Shown here piece after piece: positions 22,151-30,238 of a stretch of 43,586 bases of DNA (position 1 is its first letter; each line of letters begins with the position of its first letter). This stretch comes from Guillardia theta CCMP2712 (lineage: Eukaryota > Protista > Cryptophyta), in the NCBI RefSeq assembly GCF_000315625.1, contig NW_005434430.1, positions 1 to 43,586 of the forward strand, given 5' to 3'. The position numbers were made by a program, and so were the translations under genes. The notes beneath the pieces were generated by a model that had not been told where the DNA came from, ran no database searches, and saw only the letters and a program-made list of their open reading frames with translations.

Positions 22151-23195
22151 TTAGACTTTGGATGCATCCTGGTCGTTCATGTTCGTAGCCAAGACTTCAG
22201 GCTTGGTCAGGTCGTCTGTAGCCAAGAAAGCGTTGGAGGGCAGCAGGCTCGAGTCCTTCATCCCTAAGTAGACAGGGCTCTCGACCCCCGTGCTGGACCC
22301 CTGGTTTGCTCCTCCTCGGAGCGAGAGGTCAGAGAGAGAGAGGAACCCGGAGTCCCATAGTGCGATCACGACCAGGTAGATGTAATGCAGGACCATGGCG
22401 GTCACTGTGATGAACTCGAGCGGCACGAGCCCGAAGATGATAGCGTTGAGAGGAGCCCATGTGGTCAAGCAGCTCTTGTACAGGTCGGGAAAGTCTTTCT
22501 TGACGCGCGCAATGCTGCCCTCCACTCCCTTGAACTCTAGCAGGGACAGCACCACCAAGAAGCCTAGGCAGTAGAGGGGCGTGTACACCGAAGAGCTCGC
22601 CACGGTCATGAAGGCCGTGTGCTGCAGGTGTGTCTGCGTGTAGGTGTTGGCGAGGTCGTCCACGTAGTGATACCTGCAGGCGATGAGGAGCGAGCAGCTC
22701 GAGCAACAAGACTCACCAGGAGTGCGTGCATAGCCCATCCACGAGGCCGACGAGCATCCAGCGAGCAAGCCATGCCACCTCTTGCTTCTGGTTGGCGATC
22801 TTTCCAGCAGACAACTTTCCTAGTAGGTAGAGCAGAGCAGCTGACACGCCGTCAGTTTGCAAGGGGCTGGAGGACAGCACTTCCGTGTAAGACTGCCAGA
22901 GCTGTGAGGGGACACTGCCGATGGCGGAGAGGAGCAAAGAAACGTCGAGTGAGTCGAGGCTCATCCTGGTTGCGCGTGCCGAACGCAAGGCAAGCTCTCT
23001 CCTCGTGAATGGGCGTGATGCTATCCATCTTCCATCCTTGAGCAGACCCGAAGCATGCCATGATGGTGGTGCCGCTGTCAGAGCTCGTGCTGTTGACAAA
23101 GTTGGGTAGGCGCTGAAGCCCAAGACAGTGCTGATCTTGCAGATCACAAAGAAGCATGCGATAGGGAATAATGGAGATGATGTAGCACGGTCCAT
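22151..23195 (-). CDS. Mpv17/PMP22 family membrane protein with a signal peptide plus transit-like leader; intron 22674-22716
   Basis: PLQTDGVSAALLYLLG...GLCTHSW/YHYVD...YTPLYCLGF...RVKKDFPDLYKSCLTTWAPLNAIIFGLVPLEF. A 43-nt GTGAGT...TGCAG intron joins the two ORFs in frame. Confidence 0.88.
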
Positions 23196-24063
23196 GTTGT
23201 TCCTGATCGACCTAGAAGGACAAACAAGACATTAGCAAATACCATATCGGGGGTATTGAGAGGAATCTGACAAAAAAAAACCAACAGTGCGGGCTCGAGG
23301 TAAGCTAGCAAGAAGATCGGTTTTCATCCTGATCCTACAGATTCGAACTCGATTTGCTGTCATAAGGAAGGGTCCAAGTCTTTGGTCTACTTCTGCTTGT
23401 GAATTCACCAGTCATCCCTCTCATGACAGTTCTTAAGCTATTTCTTTTCTCAATCTTGATCATCGTCACCGTGCAATTTATCGTAGAAGTTTGTCTGTCA
23501 ACCTTCTACTTTCATCTCACGTCTGGAATCTGCTTTGTTCCATGCATTCCTCGCGTTCATGCTGCCATACTACCGAAAGCAAGAGCATGAGCATGGATAC
23601 CGAGGAAAGCTCTTCTTCCCTCTCCGTGCATCCTCCCCGCAATTCACACAAGAAACATTTTCCACCCCACCGCTTCTGTACCCTACCCCTACCGCATCCT
23701 ATTAGTTGAAGAGGAATGAACCGGTACTAGAAAGGATCTGTACCACCCGTCATGGAATGCTCCCTTACAAGAAAACGTTTTTGAGATTAAAAAAAGTCCG
23801 ACCCGTACCCCTAGCAAGACCATAGGTACACAGGGGTAGGTTTATATTCGCTCTTTCAAGAGAAGGTAGGGTGTTCAAGAAATATTGAAGCGGTGGGTAT
23901 AAATCGTGATGTTTCAGATGGTGGGGGTAGTGGCTTCGGGGGTGGGGGTCATGTCACAACAATGGGGCTCTAATATAACTTGGGGAATAAAAACTTGGGG
24001 AACAATCAGATCAGATCACCCCCACCCACCCCCACTAGGGGTTTTACGGATGTCCCCAAATGT

Positions 24064-24222
24064 CATTTAATAGATAAACGCCACGAATCTATCTACCACG
24101 GGTACTCTCCCTCATGATGTGACGGAATATGTGAATACCCTTCTGAACGACGAACTAAGTTTTCGCACAGAACTGCCGTCGTATGATTGAGAGCCGCGAC
24201 TCTCCGTCATACAACGGCAGTT
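24064..24222 (-). ncRNA. Putative Fanzor omegaRNA scaffold
   Basis: Long hairpin at 24171-24222, stem 24133-24140/24100-24107 and hairpin 24071-24095. Each contains G-U pairs on the minus strand that are A-C mismatches on the plus strand. Lies between the stop codon and the element end. Confidence 0.7.
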
Positions 24223-24435
24223 GTTTTTTTTGCCAAATTGTCTTCGGATGTTGTTGGAGCCTTACATGAATCCTACCAAATGATGCCAGTCAGTCACTTC
24301 AATGATCACATGTCGTAAACATCGGATCATAATGGAGGCAGGCACCGGGCAGGCAGGCAGGCAGGGAATTAGGCATCGAGTCCCGAGGGACGCAGTCTGG
24401 GTAGGGAGGGGGCGACAACAATCATTGAATTCACC

Positions 24436-26499
24436 TCAGGGGCGACGTAGGTGATTCGGTCTTTCAGGAAACACATTGAAACAAGTGAGTATATTCAGTG
24501 CAGCATTCAAGTCCCTGGATTTGATCGGCTTTCCTTTACAGCTGTCACGATAACAGTTAGATGAAAAGGTGAATTACAGGAGTATACAAAACTTGACATT
24601 ACCTCGATGATCTGCAAAATTTCAATCCTCGTACTTCACTTTTCCTTGTTTTCAACCTACAGGTCTCGTCTGGTTCTTTCCCTGTATTTTCAATCCGTCG
24701 AAGCACATCGAGCTCAGAACCACAATCGTTACAGCACTTGGTAGTACGGTATTCGTCAACATCTACGACTCTGTAGTGATTCTCGAATCTTCTTCTTATC
24801 CACCTGACCGGTACAGGCCTTTCTCCTCGACGTCCTGTAGACGGGAACCTTGCATTTCCATATGCGATAACAGGTTCTATTTCTCCCTTTCCTTTCATTG
24901 TACGGATAAACCTGTCGACTGACTTTCGTTTCGAAATGTAGATGTCGAATTTCATCCTGGCGTATTTTCGCTTTGAATAATGCGAAGTTAACTCCTCCCA
25001 ATGACTTGTAACTGCAAGAAGATAGTCTTCGAATCTTGATAGACTGCCGCCAGACTTACTCGAGAACCCCTTGAGATAGTGTAATGTCGATTGAATATCT
25101 TGATCCCACGTCTTTCTTTTCTTTTTATTGCGATTCAGATGTGACTCGTGATAATATTGTTTTCTCGAAAACTGAAATCTTTTTCTGATTATTTGTTGAT
25201 CATCTCTGAATTGTTCGACGGCCGATATAATGACGCTCCTCCCAGGGTCGATCGCAATTACCCTTGGGCAATTTTTACATTCTTCGATCTCTCTTTGGTA
25301 TTCTGAATTTTCATGTAATACTTTGTATGATATTGATATCTTCTTCGCCGATTTCCGTTCAGCCCTTTTTCTATCGGCAAGCCATTTGGTAGTGCGCAAT
25401 GAAGGTTCCTGTTCGAGTCCATCGATTGTTTTGACAATTAACGTGAAGCGAAAACAAACCGATACACCGTCTGTCGTGATACTTGTAATCTCCTCTCTCT
25501 GATCTCTGAACAGATTCGAACAGTCGAAAATCCTTCTGAAATTCTTAGAGTTCTCCAAAGTTTGATCTATTCTCATGAACGATTTTTTATCTTCTCCCGG
25601 TTTCAAACTGTTCGCTTCTTTCAAAATGTAATACATCACATCATTATCGATTGTTAGATGTTTTCTGCCGAATTTCGACATTGGTGCTGCCTTGAATGTT
25701 TTTTTCGAGAGACCACGATCTTCGACAAGAACTTCAACATGAACATGTGTGTCTCGATTATCTCAAACAGATTTTTCTGCAACCTATGATCAAATTTGTC
25801 ATATTTGAAACTAAAAAGATCTTCGTCCCCCGATAATCCAATTAGTTGTTTCATATGGTCGATGAAGGTTCCTATCTGCTGTGAATTATTCCTGTTAAAC
25901 ACTTCTGTCTTCAACTCGTAATCTTTCCTTTGAAACAATACATTCTTCACGTCTTCGATTTCTTGCTGATGGTTAATATGTAACTCTCCTTTGCAGAATT
26001 CGGCAATGAACTTTTCCAATCGGTTTGTAAAATTTGCTTTCAGGTCTTGGTAGAAATTCGTTCCATATTGATTTGCAGCGAATACAATAGCTTGCGAGTC
26101 TCCTCGAATTCTACATAAATCAACGAAAAGATGTCTTTTCTCTGACCAGAAACGTTGTAGAGTTGGATACTTGTTATCTGTACGGCTATGTTGTTCCATT
26201 CCAAGTGTAAAAACATTCCAGAAAAAGGTCGATTTGGCTCTCTTGATTTCATCCACTACATATCGTAAATTCCCTGTATCCCTGCCCCATATCAGAAAAC
26301 AGTTGAATATCATACTGCCTCTTGATGTGATCTGACTGATATGTAATACCCATCTGTCGATCACGTCTAAAATCGATCTGTTCTCTACCTTGAGTCTCGA
26401 GTATAACCCACATTTGACGACTCTCGTGAATGGTTTTGAATAACTTATTTCTTGACCGTTGTCTGAATCATCTGTAATTCGTTTTCTCTTCCTCGGCAT
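24436..26499 (-). CDS. Fanzor1: Fanzor1 (eukaryotic TnpB-like RNA-guided DNA endonuclease), ~667 aa reconstructed; frameshift at 25699-25705, intron 24542-24602
   Basis: NLS MPRKRKR. RuvC-I VIAIDPG (Asp 25249-25247). IAYGNARF, then VDEYRTTKCCNDC (Glu 24754-24752 plus a Zn-finger half). RGLKFCRSS/SC. After splicing, RuvC-III SRDLNAALNI (Asp 24513-24511) and terminal ERPNHLRRP*. Confidence 0.92.
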
Positions 26500-26747
26500 G
26501 TTATAGTATGTTAGTCTGGCGAAACCATGTTAGATAGCAGGTAGTCACTACATTTTTTTCATTACCATCGTTTCAGTGTATTGTCGGACCGCAAACTCTG
26601 TAATGGCGGGAAGATGAAACGAGCAGCCACAAACTTTCCGTCGGACTCCGGGAAGGCGGGAAGATTTTTTTTTCTTTTTTAAGACCCTCATACAGCCCCA
26701 TTGGATGGGTGATTGAAACCTATCAATGACCCCTGTCATGCTGGTCC

Positions 26748-26767
26748 AGGACTCCTTCGGGAGTCCT
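26748..26767. other. Perfect subterminal hairpin AGGACTCC-TTCG-GGAGTCCT at the Fanzor left end
   Basis: 8-bp perfect stem overlapping the inner edge of the inferred terminal repeat. Confidence 0.85.
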
Positions 26768-27220
26768 TTTGTCGATTAAAGGTTAAGCCAGTCACTGAGT
26801 GACTTTCCTGCCGGCCCCGCCGGGCGGCCCGACTGTCAAGCCAGTTTGACGGTGACCGTCTGACTCGGAATGAAGATGCAGGTGGCAGTCAAAACCATGT
26901 AGCGACGCCAAAGTCAAATGCAACAACTTCCAATCATGCTCAAGGTGAAGACCACAGATATTCAATGCTGGCTTAATCGCTTCTGCAGTGCTATTCACTG
27001 CTGACATGCTCGTGTTTTGTGTTATGGTGTCCTTACATGTCATCTGATACTTTACAAGGTGCATCGAGAACAACATGCGAGGCTCGCCCTGCTCGCGTTG
27101 TTGGCGGCTAGACAGGGAGGAGCTTTGTGTGTACAATGGCATGGAGCTCATCGTCGCAGATCGAGGGGGGCAGGGGCAGATGCACCTGATGGCGGATGAG
27201 AAGAGGTGGGAACGTTGCAG

Positions 27221-27606
27221 GTAGAGCCATGGGCTGGCCGGACCGAGTGCTGGCCCGACATTGGGAGTTCGGCTTCAGCATCATGGCGGACAAGATGGAG
27301 AAGCTCAGACTTGGAACTAGACCGATCCTTCCACGACAACCAGAGCTTCGCCTTGGTCATCTGCACCCGTCGACTGGGAAGCGAGCACACGTTTTTGTCT
27401 CCAGCGAGCCGCATGCGGAGGAGGCGCTGGCGAGGATAGCGAACAGAGAGCTGTCGCTAATTAGCACGGAGTTTGCTTTCTTCTGCTACGTGATGTTTAG
27501 CACCTGGTCCTTTGCTGTGAGACCGGGACAGCCCATGGTCTTGTTGCTGCCGCAGTGCGCATGCGACGCTATCAAGATGAGGCCGAAGGAAAATTCGCCG
27601 TCATGA
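27221..27606 (+). CDS. Hypothetical protein (3' part of a spliced gene)
   Basis: Coding-like ORF GRAMGWPDRVLARHWEFGFSIMADKMEKLRLG...FAFFCYVMFSTWSFAVRPG; no family recognised. Confidence 0.35.
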
Positions 27607-27862
27607 AGATAATTCAGCAGCAGGAGTTTGACAGCTAGCTACCGTGCCATGATGCTACCGTGCCGCACTAGAGAAACAAAAAGACAGCGAGACAAAACCT
27701 CGCAGCTCCACTACCATCAACTAGCTGAGTCCGATCGTTAGCTGACTGATGATCGGATCGGATGCCGCGCCTACCGTGACCGGTCATATCGTACGGGTCC
27801 TTTCAGGAATCAATCATGAACATACTTGGATCCGTACGCCAACAATGGATCGGACCCATCTT

Positions 27863-29175
27863 TTATCCGTACAGTTTAGGTTTGCGGCGGTATCCTGTCA
27901 GTCTTGCACGTGTTTCAAGACCGAGCACAATGGCCAACTGATTGCCTCCTGACTGATCCCAAGGCTCGAGCCATTCCCAAGGTTGGAAAGTTTCGTCATC
28001 ATAGGAAGCTCTGCGATGTAAGCTCATGAGCGCCATCCATCCGATGTCATGCATCTCTCGATCATCAGGATGAGCGCGTATGGCGGCGACAATGGCGGCG
28101 ATGCCTCCTGTTTCCCGTATCTGTACCTTGCCATCCTCGTTCATCTGGTTTTCCTGGTTCAGCTTGGAGAATATGTTGCAAGCCAATGACTGCATTGCCG
28201 GGCAGTTATGATGAGCACGCATGGCGGCGACGAGAACGGGGATGGCTCCTTGCTCTAGAATTCTGGAAATGATCTCACCATAAAATTCGTATTCCATCTC
28301 AATCAGGCTCAAGATCACCAGACAGCCCTTCTTCTGTACCTCCAGTCTGTCCAGGTGAGTGCGCATTGCGGCGACAATGGCGGGGATGCCTCCTGCACCC
28401 AGAATCAAACCCACAATTTCCTCGTTGGCCGTAAGATCCTTGAGCGCCTTGCATGCAAGCTCCTGTATCGCACAGCTGTCAGGGTGAGCGTATAGAGCGC
28501 GCATGGCGGCGATGATGGCGGAGACACCGTCAGCTTTCGCAATGAGGAAAATGTTGGCAAACTTGCTGTTGAGCGCCTGACATGCCAACTTCTGTATCAC
28601 AAGATTGTTCCGGTGAGCGCACATGGCATCCACGATGGCAGGGACGCCTTCTGCCTCAAATATCAAGGAATTGTTATCGCTGTTGCCGCGAGATAAGTTG
28701 ATCAGCGCTGCGCAAGCACGGATGGGTGCTCCAGATGAGCGCGCATGGCGGCGACGATGAGCGCTATTGCTCCTCCTTCCCCGATCTTGGTGGCGACGAT
28801 GAGCGCTATTGCTCCTCCTTCCCCGATCTTATTGGCGACGTTGTTGTTTGCTGACAAGAGTCGGAAAAACTTACACCCTGCTCGAGCTAGCTTCTCGTTG
28901 ACAGACCCTCGCTTCATCGCCGAGATCATCGCCTCTATCGCTCCTGCCACCCATGCTTCCTCCTCGTTACCCTTCAGCTCCTCCTGCGTGACGATTCACA
29001 ACATAGCCTCCACTGCTGCTGCCAACTCAATCTCAATTTCGTGCTCCCCCATGATTTCTGCAAGCCTCCTCCAGTCTCTGCTCCTCCCCGCTGCTGCTAT
29101 CTCCTGCAGCGCATGCTCACTACTCAGCACCTCAACATTGTCCTCCCTCAGCATTTCATCGTGCTCTCCAAGCAT
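27863..29175 (-). pseudogene. Armadillo-repeat protein gene, intronless, disrupted
   Basis: Repeated GGIPAIVAAMRxH...VQ..AC..L ARM units. In-frame TGA at 28996-28998, frameshift near 28715 (EHPSV then ACAALINL in another frame) and a 39-bp internal duplication (KIGEGGAIALIVA x2). Confidence 0.8.
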
Positions 29176-29720
29176 GTTGATGATCTGACAGATGCGAGCC
29201 GCAAGCTTGAGGAAACAAGCTAAGAAGAGGAGAAGCTAAGAAGACTGCCCGGCGGCCCGGGGGCGGGCGGGGGCCCGGGCCGGAGTGCCAGCCTGGCAGG
29301 CTCAGCGGCCAGGTCACCAAGTTCGCGGCCCGGGCCCGGGGGCCGCCTTGTTTCAGTCACAGAGTCACTTGCCGCTTGAAGCAAAGTTTTAGTTGTGCCC
29401 CCGAGTGACCCACCGGTAACAGAGCGCCCGTTAAGTTTTTTCATGTACGAGACTGCAGGCCCCGGCGGCCTACTCAAGGTCACCGGGCCCGGCGATCCGA
29501 TCGGATCCGGGATGACTGATCGGACTCGCTACCCGGATCAGAAGCATTGCAGTGCTCAGTACGGTCAGTCACGAGTCAGTGCTGTAGCTTGTCAGCCTCG
29601 GTGTCGAGTCGGGCCCGAGATGCGTCCCGGCTTGTGAGATTCGGAGGTGGGCCCACAAACGAGCTCGGTAGCAACTGACATCTGCGACGTGGGAGCAGCA
29701 GCGCCATGCCCTACTCTTTG

Positions 29721-30001
29721 CTCCATGTATGTCTCAACGACTGTGATAGCTTAGCTTGACCTCTCTTGTTCTCTTTCCTCCATGTATGTCTCAACGACAG
29801 TGATAGCTTAGCTTGACCTCTCTTGTTCTCTTTCCTCCATGTATGTCTCAACGACAGTGATAGCTTAGCTTGACCTCTCTTGTTCTCTTTCCTCCATGTA
29901 TGTCTCAACGACAGTGATAGCTTAGCTTGACCTCTCTTGTTCTCTTTCCTCCATGTATGTCTCAACGACTGTGATAGCTTAGCTTGACCTCTCTTGTTCT
30001 C
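29721..30001. repeat. 57-bp tandem repeat, about 5 copies
   Basis: CTCCATGTATGTCTCAACGACAGTGATAGCTTAGCTTGACCTCTCTTGTTCTCTTTC repeated. Confidence 0.95.
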
Positions 30002-30238
30002 TTCCCCTTCTTCTCTTCCATTCTCTCGCTTCTTCTCTCCTCCCCCACTCTTGTCGTCCTGCTGTGTCGTGTTTCTTCCATTTGAATGTCTTGCTATGCC
30101 GCTCCTTCACTTGAGTCTCGTTTCTCCTCTTCTCATGATGCCGATTGTAGCACCGTTGTTCCATACATGTAGTTATGCCATGCTATCAGATTTTGTTGCC
30201 GTTGCAACTCTTGTCACATGACTGAGCTTGTTTAACAG

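Larger units (their letters stand above)
24064..26782 (-). mobile_element. Non-autonomous Fanzor1 element (~2.7 kb) with imperfect terminal inverted repeats
   Basis: AT-rich island with one nuclease gene and no transposase. CATTTAATAGATAAACG (24064-24080) versus the reverse complement of 26766-26782, CCTTTAATCGACAAAAG, match 13/17. TTAA lies immediately outside at 26783-26786. Ends are inferred. Confidence 0.65.

Noticed and set aside
24599-26499. Two separate genes, or bacterial IS605 tnpA/tnpB contamination
   Set aside because: The upstream ORF has no HUH/Y1 or serine-recombinase motifs and joins the downstream ORF by one base. The NLS, spliceosomal intron and eukaryotic flanking genes argue against contamination.
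26748-26770. Rho-independent terminator (hairpin plus T run)
   Set aside because: Eukaryotic context with no plus-strand gene upstream; better explained as an element-end structure.
29721-30001. 57-bp array as CRISPR or as the coding ORF 29711-29965
   Set aside because: Whole units are identical with no spacers; the ORF is only the translated repeat.
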